DNA of 47,695 nt from Elsinoe ampelina (taxonomy: Eukaryota), in assembly GCA_010093995.1 (NCBI GenBank), contig ML992502.1, positions 1,295,001-1,342,695 of the forward strand. The letters are read 5' to 3'. Below the pieces are notes generated by a model. That model was not told the DNA's origin. It worked only from the letters and a program-made list of their open reading frames with translations, and did not search any database. Positions within the stretch are counted from its first letter, which is position 1, and every line of letters starts with the position of its first letter. Both the position numbers and the translations under genes were made by a program. This document shows positions 34,962 through 46,998 of this stretch, piece after piece.

Positions 34962-36518
34962 ATGGGGGTCATTACACATCAACCTCATGTTGGCCTATTT
35001 CAGCGGAGACACAGCGCGTGGGCCCACGGCAATCTTCCCGCACACCTTCCTCTCGACATCGCACACGCCAACCTGAACCATAATGGCTTTGCATCTCAAA
35101 ATCACAACTTGCACAATAACATTCATTACACGGATAATAGCCTTCACTACCATACCAACTCTACCATGGGCGGCGCCATTCTCGATACATCGTCCATTCA
35201 AAAGCCCGTCTCTCATCCTTCATTACTTCCTTCTGTCACCAAACGCTTCTCTCTTCCTTCCTCAAACTCGACCCGATCCACCATGGACACTCAATCCGAC
35301 CTGAACGCCTACCTACATGCCTCCATTCTTTCCATGGCCAGGCCCGTCGTCAAGTCTGAGGAGCAATCCCCCATCATGCCACAGCATTCTTTTCACAGCA
35401 TGGGACAGTCCCCTATGATGCCACAGCACTCTTTCCACAGCATGGGCCAGTCTCCTTTGATGCCACACCAATCTTTCCAAAGCATGGAACAGTCTCCCAC
35501 CATTCCACAGCAACCTTTCCAAAGCATGGAGCAGTCTCCCATCATGCCACAGCTACCCTACCAAAGCATGGAGCAGTCTCCCATCATGCCACAGCAACCT
35601 TACCTAGGTCTGGATGATCGCTACCCAATGGTGCAACACGTCTACAGTACCCCTCACTCCGATCAAAGTGCCTGGTCCAGCCCACCTCCCACCTGCAACG
35701 AGAGTGATGGTTTCTTCAACACCGGGATCGACGTTTTCATGCGGGTCGTACAGAACCAGCAAGAACGTGAGATGGACTCCGACACGTTCAGGAACACTCG
35801 CATCAACAATCATCGTGACTATCGCGCAGGAATGCAGGACGAGCCAACCGCAACCACCAGGACCAAGAATGGAAAGGAGAAGAAGCACATTTGCAACTTC
35901 TACCGCTGCAAAATGCGATTCACCCAGAAGACTCACATGGAAATCCACCAAAGGAAGCACAGTGGCGAAAAGCCTTTCCACTGCAAGTACCCCCCTTGTT
36001 TCGCATCTTTCTCGCAGCTCGGCAACCTCAAAACTCATGAGCGTCGCCACACGGGCGAGAAGCCTTACTCTTGTCCCCTTTGCAAAAGAAGATTCGCGCA
36101 ACGCGGCAATGTCACCGCTCACCTACGAATCCACCAAGAACCCAGCGAGAAGAACAAATTCCAGTGCAAGCTCGGCGCTTGTAACAAAAAATTCAGCCAG
36201 CTCGGCAACCTCAAGTCCCACCAGAACAAGTTCCACGTCGCCGAAATCCAAAGGCTCCAAAACGTCACCGCCGGCACGGTCCCGAAATCCGAGGGCGACG
36301 ACGAGCTTATCAACTACATGAAGGAACTCTACAAGAACTGCAACAAGGGTATCAAAGGCCGCGGCAAGGCCAGAAGTATCGCCAGATCCTCCGAGAGTCC
36401 GGCGATCAAATCCGACACGCCCTCTTCTCCGGCAGTACCGCCAGAGAACTACTACCAGCCCGAAGTCAACCCCTACGGATTCGGCGGTGACTACAACTAT
36501 TATACGACAGCAGCATGA
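34962..36518 (+). CDS. AZF1: C2H2 zinc-finger transcription factor, Azf1-like
   Basis: Four C2H2 fingers with FSQLGNLKTHERRHTGEKPY, FAQRGNV and FSQLGNLKSHQNKFH, plus the Azf1-type tail LYKNCNKGIKGRGK. ATG 34962 follows a TATA-like TACATAAAA at 34881; later ATGs are possible. Confidence 0.88.
   Translation: MGVITHQPHVGLFQRRHSAWAHGNLPAHLPLDIAHANLNHNGFASQNHNLHNNIHYTDNSLHYHTNSTMGGAILDTSSIQKPVSHPSLLPSVTKRFSLPSSNSTRSTMDTQSDLNAYLHASILSMARPVVKSEEQSPIMPQHSFHSMGQSPMMPQHSFHSMGQSPLMPHQSFQSMEQSPTIPQQPFQSMEQSPIMPQLPYQSMEQSPIMPQQPYLGLDDRYPMVQHVYSTPHSDQSAWSSPPPTCNESDGFFNTGIDVFMRVVQNQQEREMDSDTFRNTRINNHRDYRAGMQDEPTATTRTKNGKEKKHICNFYRCKMRFTQKTHMEIHQRKHSGEKPFHCKYPPCFASFSQLGNLKTHERRHTGEKPYSCPLCKRRFAQRGNVTAHLRIHQEPSEKNKFQCKLGACNKKFSQLGNLKSHQNKFHVAEIQRLQNVTAGTVPKSEGDDELINYMKELYKNCNKGIKGRGKARSIARSSESPAIKSDTPSSPAVPPENYYQPEVNPYGFGGDYNYYTTAA
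35361..35603 (+). repeat. Coding minisatellite: six copies of a 42-bp unit (14 aa, [E/G]QSPxMPQxxFxSM)
   Basis: EQSPIMPQHSFHSM / GQSPMMPQHSFHSM / GQSPLMPHQSFQSM / EQSPTIPQQPFQSM / EQSPIMPQLPYQSM / EQSPIMPQQPY. Confidence 0.9.
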
Positions 36519-39326
36519 ACTACGATATCCCCGAACGACCCAGTATACGAGACCACGAGTAGTACTTTCAGAAGCATATGCCACTCGACGTGCGTGTCCT
36601 TCCACAAAGCCCCAGCCTGCGACCAGGGGCGTTTTTTTTATTGGACCAGTTTATAAGGCACAAGTTGTGCTCCAACGAGCGTGTACCACGCAGTCCACGA
36701 CCAAGGGGTCTTTTTGACCAGTATACGATACACTAGTATTGCTCCACAGAGCATGTACTACTACCCAGCTTATGAACCCGTCCGTCAAGTTCTAGCCCGA
36801 GAGCCAGGCTTTTTCTTACAGATCAGAAATACATTCGTTTCTTCCACTTTTGCCATGTGTTCGTGCGTGCACGTGATGGTCATGAGCAATGTGTGATGTC
36901 CCCGTCGTCCAATGTTCGGTTAATCAAGGATCAAAGTTAGGTGAGAGGAAAGAAAAGGGGGGCGAAGGGGAACGATCACGTGGGTCTTCCCGGTCGGGCA
37001 CATACCTCACCGTGGTGCCGCTGGGACGTACTCTACATGACCACGTAACCTGCGATGGAAGATGGTAGAGGGAGGGAAGGGGGGAGATGCGCCGAAGCGC
37101 GAGTCACGTGCGTACACCACGGTGCTGCTCGGCGGGACGAGCGGGCTGGGGAATCAGACCGGACTTGCTTGCCTCGGGAGGGGGAAGAGGGGAGTCGCGG
37201 GCAAGGGGCCCAGGTGCGAGCTGAGACTGGGCGGAGAGCATGAGTGGAAGGACACGCTGTCTGTCTCGGCGCTAGCGGGCTAGGCGCTATCGTAGGACTA
37301 CGCTGCCCTGATTTAGACGAGGAGAAAGGCGGAGGTTGCGGAAGTGTGGGAGTGCTGGACAGCTGGGTGCGTGGTGGAGCATACGGCTGTCTTGCCTGTG
37401 TGCGTTGTGCAGGCGGGCTTCTGGATCGATGTCGACGCTATCGGGCTTTGATGCTCGAACGGGTTGGGTTTTCGGGTCATATTGGATGGGCCTCTGCTGT
37501 GGTCCACGGTGGGTCTCGGGGGAGCTTCTCTGCCTCTACGCCTTGGTCGTCGCGGGTCAGGTGGCTCGTCCTGGTGATGTTGGTCTGGTAAGGGGAGAAT
37601 GAGCTGGGTTGTGTTGGCGCCGGCTTGAAGGTTACTGTGTTGGATGCAACACCCGGCGGCGGGGCCATGGATTGGTGCTACTCGAGCAGAGGAGCTGGAT
37701 AGGTGGCATTGTCTATGTTGATTTGGCTTTTCGGGACTGGCAGCGAGAGTTCGGGACGCAAGACTGTGCCAGGTGTGCACCGACGAGCTATGAACTTTGG
37801 GAATGAGATCGAGCAAGTTGAGGAGAATGCGGACGAGACCTCGGTTTTGTGAAGATGCGGAATAAGCAGACATGCAGTGACAGAAGCAAGGAAACATGGA
37901 AGTGAGTCGAAGTCGCTGGGAAGAAGCAAGGGGGATCGCAGAGAAGCAAGGAGAGAATACCGCCCTATGGCGAGCACGCTTACGATGTTGTCTGTGGGTA
38001 TAAATTTGAGACAAGACAGCTGTTGTGAACTTACCGTGGAGTGCGCAGTCAGAAGCAAGGTTTGAGGGTGCGTTGAATGCCGGCAGACTCATTATTGCTT
38101 GCAGGCGGAGTCCTTGCCTGAATGCAAAGCATGATGGTTGATGGAAAGTCAAAGCATGCTCATCGTCTGAGACACTGGCGGACAAAACACCCTCGATAGG
38201 TTCTGAGGTATTTGTTGAGCCTGTCGCTTGTGGCTACCTGTCCTTGTGAGGCTGAGTTTACGGTCTCCACTGTCAGGAGATGACACCGGTCTAGATGCTG
38301 CATGTCACGCCGGGGGTATCGGAATCTCGCATGATGCATTCGGCTCTGCGCTGGCATATGTCGGGTCGTGAGCGTGCAGATGCTGTACGTGTACATTGCT
38401 CGGCAGACCAGGGTGCAGTAGATTCGTCGTCTGGTGGATCTAGTGGACCCGTGAGAAGGGCCGGCTTCGCTCCATGCGATTCACTGCTACATGGCATTTT
38501 CACGTCCGTCGGAGTTCTGACCGCCTGCTGGCGGTGTGCGAGTCAGTCAGCGATGGTGAGAATGGGAGACGCTTGAGAGGGCTGAGGTTGAGACAGGTCC
38601 CATTGATTGTGGGGGGGTTAGCAAAATGATCTTTGTTAAAAACATCCGGTTCATGCCTGCTACTCCTGTCAGATCCGACGACCTCGTTGTAAATCGTACT
38701 GCGCAACGGCAGCGGTGGCATGTCGGCCGTATGTCGCATTGTACTTCATGCAATTGATCATGAGGCGCGTTTTGAAGCGCAGCACAGTTTGGATCGTCGC
38801 CATCTAGGCCAACAATCGTGATGCAGCACGATGAAGATCCGAGAGCTAAGGAGATGAGCGCGCGGTCTCAGACGACGTAGAGCCACCACAGCCAGGCGGC
38901 ATCGCAATAAGCAATCACAAGGACTTATATCGTATCATCTCCCTTGAAACTATGGTCAATGTTCAGATGGGTTTCATTCGGTGCAGCTCGTTCTCGGGCC
39001 TACTACTTTTAAGCTATGTTCGGGATGCATGTGTGTGCGTGAAGCAAAGCATTCTCATATTCCGCCTTTTCGTGTCCAGCAATTCTGTCGAGTGCTTGGG
39101 TCAATCTTGAGTTGACCACGGTTGAGGTTGTGTACGACAGCGGAAAGGTTTGAGGGTTGGCGGCCGTGAGTCGCCATGAATGGACCTGATGAGAAATGTA
39201 TGGCTATCCATCAATTTGAGCCTCCAGCCTCCTGATATCCAAGATTGCCGAGGCAGGCGAGGGCGCTAAGATGTCTCTTGAAGGACTACGTTGATCACGA
39301 AAGTCCTCTTGGGGATCACGAGAGTT

Positions 39327-41382
39327 CTATTGTCGATATTCCGAGTATCTGTGTGATATGTCAGTGTGTGTCCAATTTCAGTAGTATGTTCGACTGACCT
39401 CCAGATCCTCGCTCTCATATCACCACTGCCTGTTGCGAAGAGACCACCTCTCGCCGGACTGGGTGCGACAGAAATGACGGAATTCTTGTGCCCTTGCAAC
39501 ATGAGCTGCGCATCGCCCGAGGTGGGATCCCAGAACTGAACGCCGCGATCCTTACTCCCGGAAAGCACCCATCGTCCATCCGGGGTGAGGGCAACACTGA
39601 GCACAAAGTCCTTGTGTCCCTCGAAAGTACGGATGCACTTGCCGCCCTTTGGCACCTGGTCGGCACCGTTGCGCATATTGGCATAGTGAGGCTGAAGCTC
39701 CCACATTCTGATCGTCCTGTCGAGTGAGCCAGAGACAAGCTCGCGTGACTGAGGTGCGAATGCCACAGAATAGACACTGTCCTTGTGGCCAGGATTGCCA
39801 TTCGCTTCTTCCAGACGCTCGAGCAGATTACCGCTCTGCATGTCCCATACGCGGACACTCTTATCCAGCGATCCAGCGGCGAGGAAGCGATTGTCGGGTG
39901 AGATTGCAACAGTGGTGACACCGTCTTCTATGGCGAGGCTCAACATGCACTGACCACCCTGGATATCCCACAGTCGAACTGTCCGATCTCCAGATCCGGA
40001 CGCGATATAGCGTCCATCAGAAGAGTAATCGAGCGAGTAGATGTCTTGCTCGTGACCACTGAACCTATGTCGGACGGCGCGGGCCTGAATCTCCCAGATC
40101 TGTGCCTGTCAGTAAAATGATATCCTGTGCAGCGTCGTGGAATCTTACCCTGATGATCTTGTCCTCGGCACCCGTGGCCAAGTGGTAGCCATCTGGGCTG
40201 AAGCAGACAGATCTGATGTAAAGATCGCCATCTTGAGACAAGCTGTTATCCTGCAGGTGCGATACCTGGTTGCCGGTCTCAACATCGAAGATCTGAGCAG
40301 AGCGATTGCAGCCAGTGGCCACGAAGCGACCATCTCGGCTGAAGCGCACACAGCACACTACACTAGGATGGACCAGGTTATGGACGAGCTCAACATCCAG
40401 CGTGCGGGGTACTCGAGGATTGAAGACAGCATACCAGTCATCACCCTCGCGCTTGAGCTGTGGCGGGAGAGCTTCGACTGGAAGCTCTACTAGCTGGTTG
40501 CCAACGTCTGGGATTTGGCTGTAGTTCAGGTTCATGGGTTGGTTCTGGCCGGGTGGGGGTGTAGGGTGAGGTACTGTTGGAGAATTGAAGTTAGGCTTTA
40601 CATTCCCTGTCTGGGGCGTCGCCGGACCTCCATGGGGCCCACCGAGGAGATTGGTTCTTGGCTTACCGGGACCTGGTGAGGCAGCAGGCTGCGGCGGCTG
40701 AGGAGGATAGCCTAGATGGGTGTCAGTGAGGGAGTCGTATATCCGGCGGAGTAGTCAAGTACCATTGACACCTGGTGCCGGTGGCTGCCCATAACCTCCA
40801 AAAGGCGCATGCTGAGGTGGGCCCGGAGCAGGGTTGAGCGCAGGTGGACCTTGCAAATGTGCTGGAAGTCCTTGACCTGGTGGTGGCTGCTCCTGGGGCG
40901 GTGGGGCGAGTCCTGGACCGCCTTGCGCAGCTGCGCCTGCCATAATACCCTGGAAGAGGTTCGCTGGACCGTGGCCGATTGACGGTGGAGGAGGTTGGTT
41001 GGGTCCGTGAGAAGACGCACTAGGTCCTCCACGTGCTTCAAGCTCCCGGCGGAGACGTGCGATGTCTTCTTCGTATCTGCCATAGGTTAGTGGCAGTCAC
41101 GAAGCAGACCGCGAGTGGCTCACTTTTGCTTCATGGTGATATGGGACTGCTCGATCTGGAAGATTTTCCCTCTGATCAGGTCCATCTCCTGAATTTGGGC
41201 GGCGACTGCATGTGTCAATACATTGCGCAAGCACGCGAGCGGTATGGGCACTCACTCTGGTGCTCATATTCACTTGTTCGACCACCCTGTGCATCGAATT
41301 CTGTCCTTATTTGTTCCAACAGCTCTTGCAATCTCGAAGTGGGCGGCGCAGGGCCGGGCATGCCCCGATGTGCGTTGTACAT
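39327..41382 (-). CDS. TUP1: General transcriptional corepressor Tup1/RcoA/Rco-1
   Basis: Six exons from ATG 41382 to TAG 39329-39327. Tup_N ([13 protein letters not shown]...[17 protein letters not shown]), Pro/Gly-rich linker, WD40 domain ([56 protein letters not shown]). Confidence 0.95.
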
Positions 41383-43818
41383 TGCGATTTTGTAAAGTCC
41401 GAAGTCTCGTGCGTGTTTGCGAGAGTCCTTGTTATGCAACAAAAAGTGAAGCTGAGCTCAAAGTCGCGGACGAACGCGGAGCAGCTTACCACTCCGCGTC
41501 GTGGGAAATCGACAATTGGTGCAGGGCGATGAATTGCAGAACCGGTAAAGATGAGAGTCGATTTGATGTTATGGAATGAATCCGCGATCCAATTGATGGT
41601 CTGTAGCTATCCAAAGTCTGGTGATGAATAGAGATCTGGCCTCGGCTTTTGAAGCTAGGGGCTGTCAAATATGCGAGCACGAGTCTATGCGTCCTCGTGC
41701 GTTGATGTCGTCAACAGCACTGCGGAAATTAGACTTGACTGAAGCAATGACGGTGACTCGGCCGAAGCGCGCGAGACGGATCTCGTGGTTGAAGCTGACC
41801 GTAAGGGAAGGATGGAAGAGATGGAAGAATTGGACGGCAAACGGTTTGGAAGGTGGACAAGTAGCAGCCAACAGCAGCGGCTAACTGCCAAACGGAGCCG
41901 GTGTCAAGGTGCGGTGCGCCAACGGGATCCAGCAGGTCAACGACGGGCAGGGGAACGCGATGATGATCAAAGTGCGGCGCAACACAATCGAGGGGAATGG
42001 CACAAGCTGTGGGCAAGGACTGTGCAGAAAAGTGTGGACCAGGAAGACACCGAACGGGAGCAGGACAGACAAGACGTGCGGGAGCTACTGCATGTTACCG
42101 CTCTGTGGATCCGGAAGTTTAATAGATGAGGAACTGCAGCACACGTCTCTCGTCAATTTCCGTCGCTGGCGAGCCGACGGGAGTGCTGGAGGTGCCCCGA
42201 GCCATATGTTCAGCCATGTTCAGCATGCTTCAAGCCCAGACGCCACATCCGTCTATACTCTCCTCCCTGACTCGTGGCCTCCAAAATCTCTGTCTCACAG
42301 GCTGACCATCAACGTGGTGGCGCATGCCAACCCCTTCTCCCGAACCCTTCCTCGATTCATCTGTCTCTCCCTTCCCGTATCGCAATATCAGGCCTGGTTC
42401 CAACCCTCCATCTCGCGTCTTGTGTCTTGTGACCATTGAGTGATTTCCTAAGCGATGCCCACTCGCGTCCAGACTGGGTTTCCGACCATTCCGCCCTCTG
42501 CATCTTGCGGCTCACCGTTGTTGAGATCATGGATCAAATGGCTGCACGGGCAATTGACGTAGGTCATCAGGAGAATTAAAGATCCAGACCGTTGCGATCC
42601 TTTTCAAGAGTTTGCTGACATCGAATCCCTGACCACTGCAGAATTTGCAGCAGCCTTCAAAGCGGGGATGAATGCATCACCACCGCGACCACACCATCTC
42701 CAATTTGCAGAGCCGCAAGTAATATCTGAAAATTCACTGCCCCACAGCCAATCACATCAATTCCTTTGTCCGATTGCGGCACAAATCTACAATTAATCCA
42801 TCCTACCACATTCGTCCCTCGGAAACTACTTGTGTCAAACACTATGTATACGTATCCTCCTGCCGAAAATACATTAGGCGATCCTCAGATCTGGCGGAAG
42901 AGTTTCATCACGACCACACACCCCTGCTGAAGCCCTTCAAGATCCATGAACCACGTTGGGGCTCGTCATACACCAGGTGCGACCGATCTTCTGCACCAGG
43001 TTGTTTCGACTTCTGCCGGCCGATCATTTTGTGTCAACAGATGTACTAGGTGCTATATAACGCTTGGCTGGAACATCTCTGATGACGATCGATACTTGTC
43101 AATGGTCACAATATACCACTGTGTTCCAGCCGAAGTCTGAATTGGACATGACAGCCCTGCTCGGACGTATGGACATGACTCTCGTCCTTCGGGGTATTTT
43201 GCAAAAGCCCTGGCAGTGGATCTTCCGTGCCCTAGCTCATGCAAAGACTCGCGCCCAACATCCTTGCAACCTTGGCCCGGCCCACTTGGAACCGAGCCAA
43301 AGACTGGATGCCGGAAAGGTGATCGATGTGACGGGGAAGAATGCAGACTTTACATTGTGATTGAGACCGCTGACTTATTTCATGGAATCGATATCACGAC
43401 CGCGGAGATCCTCTCTCTGCATTGGCGACTTGAACAGCCTGCGTGGAAGCGTATCAGACGACTGTCGTGGTTAGACCGTCAGCGGTCACCCTGAATACAA
43501 TACGGATACCCTCTTCGACAATCGCTATATTGACTGTGTCTGCTCTGCGACTGTGTCTGCTCTGCAGTGCTATCCCCATGATTGGTGAAGACAGTGTACC
43601 TCGACCAGGTTTGCTTGGATGTGGTGTGCTGACAACATATTGGAGGCTGGCCTATGGTCACCTCCGCCACACTTGCTCGGGGCTCTTGATTCCTTATATT
43701 TGTAAAACCCCTTGATAGTCTGTAAGGAGAGCACGATCAGTGGTAAGGTATTCATCACCTCTCCCGCACATTCCTTGTCACCTTGATCGACCTCCGAACC
43801 CTACCAAAAAACCGCAGT

Positions 43819-44454
43819 ACGGGCAACCAGCCTTCACGTCCTCGCCACGATGCCCGCATACAAGTCATCGGTGCCGGCCTCTCTCGCACCGGGATAGCGT
43901 CTCTGAGTGCTGCTCTAAAATGCCTTCTCTCCGGTCCCGTCTACCACTGCGGCACGCAAATATGTAGGGATTCGCCGTCAGACATTCTGACATGGATCGG
44001 CATCCGCAGCTGCAAGCCTAGTGCCAGAATTATTACAGCTGCATCCTGATGCAAAGGCTATCTGCACAGTCAGGGACATTGAACAGTGGGAGAAGAGCAT
44101 GACAGGCTTGGTCTCGGCCGCAACCTTGTGGTTTCTACGTGCTGTATTGCTGCCACCACCCGGCTTGCGGAATATTCCGGCTCCAACGACAGTGGGAGGC
44201 TCTTTATGACGAGAAAGGCGAGCACACACGTCTTACACATGAGAGGCACATTGCGTGGTTGAAAGAGGTAGTGCCAGAAGACAGGTTGGTATTCCTCGAT
44301 GTGAGAGATGGCTGGGATCCACTGTGTGCTTCACCGGGATTGAAGACACCAGGCAGCATTCGCGCAAAAGACAATCAGAAAAGGCTTGATGTGGTGGGCG
44401 GTCTATCTCGGAGACGTTGCTGCTGGTGGAGCTTGCTGGAAATATTTCTCATAA
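43819..44454 (+). pseudogene. Pseudogene of a fungal P-loop sulfotransferase-like (Sulfotransfer_4-type) protein
   Basis: Fragments in different frames: (ACG)GNQPSRP...IQVIGAGLSRTG...GPVYHCG; VPELLQLHPDAKAICTVRDIEQWEKSM; HIAWLKEVVPEDRLVFLDVRDGWDPLC; RKGLMWW...FS*. Start codon apparently ATG to ACG; at least 3 frameshifts/deletions. Confidence 0.8.
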
Positions 44455-44698
44455 ACACTACATGTAAGGATATCTTCCATGTATATACGTATGTCCCGGC
44501 TCGATGGGAATTCACCAACTTCGTGGCACATATGAACAGCTACATTTCATAGTCGGGTGCACAGGGCAAGATGATCCAGTCGTAGCGGCACGTTTGCCCG
44601 CCGGAGCCGCATCGGGCCGGCTACCCAGGGCCTTTGTTGACTTATGTGGGGGAGGAAAAAGGATTAATTACTGCCTAATCCACCAAACTGAGGTAGAT

Positions 44699-44895
44699 TG
44701 TAACTATATAAATACTTAACCTAATAAACTAAGAGATAGATAAATTAATAGAACTTCTAAGTAATAACAGATTAAGACAATAACTATCTAATTTAATTAT
44801 AAATTAGTAAAATAGTAAGATAGTGTTTAGTTTAACCTTAGGATAAACTAAATTAGGGTCTTCTTAGCGCTCTAGCTTATGCCTCGGTTAATACA
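44699..44895 (-). repeat. Putative 3' LTR (~197 bp) with adjacent polypurine tract
   Basis: On the minus strand AAAGGGG (44902-44896) directly precedes TGTA, and the LTR ends GTTACA at 44699, close to where the AT-rich composition stops. Candidate TSD TAGAT at 44694-44698. Confidence 0.7.
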
Positions 44896-46924
44896 CCCCT
44901 TTACTAAGTAGCTATAACTCTATAATAGCTAGTTAGTAGACTACTAACTTAAGGGATAGCTATTATAAGAAGGCCTTATATCTCCTAGATAGTAATAATT
45001 TAGTAAATCTATTAGCTAGTGTATCTACTAATAGTGTCTATATAACTAAGATAGGACTAGATAGATCTCTAGCTTAATTAATCTCTTATTTTAGCTAATA
45101 ATAATAAATATTAATATAGTAAAGACATATATTAAGCTTCTTAATTAGACTAGTAATAAGACTAATTATTTACTAATTATTACACTAAATGCTAATATAC
45201 TTAAGGGGATAGATAGAGGCTATTAGCCTCCTCTACTATATAGCTTACTTAGTAGTCTCTATAAGAGTAAGTAATTTAGCTTCTATACTTAAGGTTATAA
45301 CTATTAGCTACTTAGTAGCCTTCTAGTTAATTAAGCTTTAGAATATCTTAAATAGATAGCCTTAAAAGCTCTTCCTTAAAGGGTAACTACTAAAGCTAGT
45401 ATCTAATAAGGCTTAGAAGATTAGAGGTAGTATTAAGCTATTAAAGGTAAAAGCTAGATCTTTAGTTTTATAGAGATACTAGATTACTCTATTTACTAGC
45501 CTCTAGTAAGTTAGTAATAGATTAGTTAAGTGCTCTAACAATCTAGAAGTAGTAAAGGTAATATTAGGCCTTATAATAATAGCTATAAAGTTAATAGATC
45601 TAATCTTCTACTAGTATAGATAGATCTCTTATAGTAATACTTAGCCTTTATAAGGTTAAAGTATCTTAATTAGTAGTAGTATTAACACTAGCCTTATTAG
45701 TTCTATAATAAACTTACTATATATCTATTATATATACTAGGCTTAGCTAAGCTAAAGTCTCTTTATTAGTCTATCCCTTATAACTTAGATAGCTAAAAAC
45801 TAGTTTAGATCTTTAAGTACCTTTATCTTATATTTAGTATAGAGAGCTATAATAATAATATTAGCTTTCTCCTTATACTTCTTAAGATATATAATAGTAA
45901 TATTATCTATTAAGAAGAAGATTATTACTTTAGGTATTATCTAGAGGTATAGAGCCTTAGGAGCTTAAGTAAATCTAATACTCTTTAGAGTAGTAGTAAA
46001 TTTAGTATACTAGAGAGCTAGGGCTTACTTTAGGCTATATAGTGCCTTATTAAGTAATAGAATTACCTCTAATAAAGTAATACTAGGATAGTCCTTTATA
46101 AGATTCTCTACTACTAGCTTAAATCTAATAGAAATAGTATAGTAGATAGTCTTATTAATAGAACTATTAATATAGGCATTAACAATATTTATCTAGATAG
46201 CCTTTATATCTTTATAAGTAAGTAATGCTATAAGTATTCTAAAAATCTTAGCTACTAGAGTTACTATATAAGTCTTAGATTCTATTAATTAGAGATTATT
46301 CCTTATATAGACTTTTACTTTATACTTTATAACCTCTTCTTTATTATTAACTTTATAGGTAAATACCTATATTAAAGAGATAGGCTTACTAGTAGCTTAA
46401 GCTACTAGTATAATAGTCTATATATATTTTAAGTGTAAAGTAAGTAATTTAACCTTTATAGTCTCTTAAAATTGCTTCTTATAAGAATAAGCCTTAAGTT
46501 CTCTAATATTAGCTAGTAGTAGTAGAAGATTATCTCTTAATTCTAGCTTAGGCTAAGTTAGTGTTATTAATAGATAAGTATTAAAGGCTTAGTAATATCT
46601 AGGAGTCTTATTAGTTTATATAAGAGTAGTAATATATACTTACCTTCTTAGTTTTCTTATTCTTCTTATTATAAGAATATATTTAGGAAGAAGATTAGCT
46701 AACCTTATAGCAATTCTTTAAGAGAGTTACTTAGGCTAAGCTTTAACTACTTCTTTAGTCTAAACTTCTATCTTATCTCCTTTAGCTTTATCTCCTCCTA
46801 GTAGTAGAGGAGATAGCTATACTACTATAGATAGTAGTAAGGCTAGAGTATTAAAGAACTATTTATTTAGTAAAGATTCCTAGATCTAAGCTAGGTTTAG
46901 ATCTAGAATAGCCTTATCTAATTA

Positions 46925-46934
46925 NNNNNNNNNN
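46925..46934. other. Assembly gap (10 N)
   Basis: N run in the sequence. Confidence 1.
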
Positions 46935-46998
46935 TAGGCTTAGCTCTTAATCTAGATTACTCTAACTTAGAGTCTAAGATAGTATCTAGCTTAGCTAC

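Noticed and set aside
43340..43494. FHGIDITTAEILSL... as an amidase N-terminal relic
   Set aside because: Too short and weak; no amidase signature downstream.
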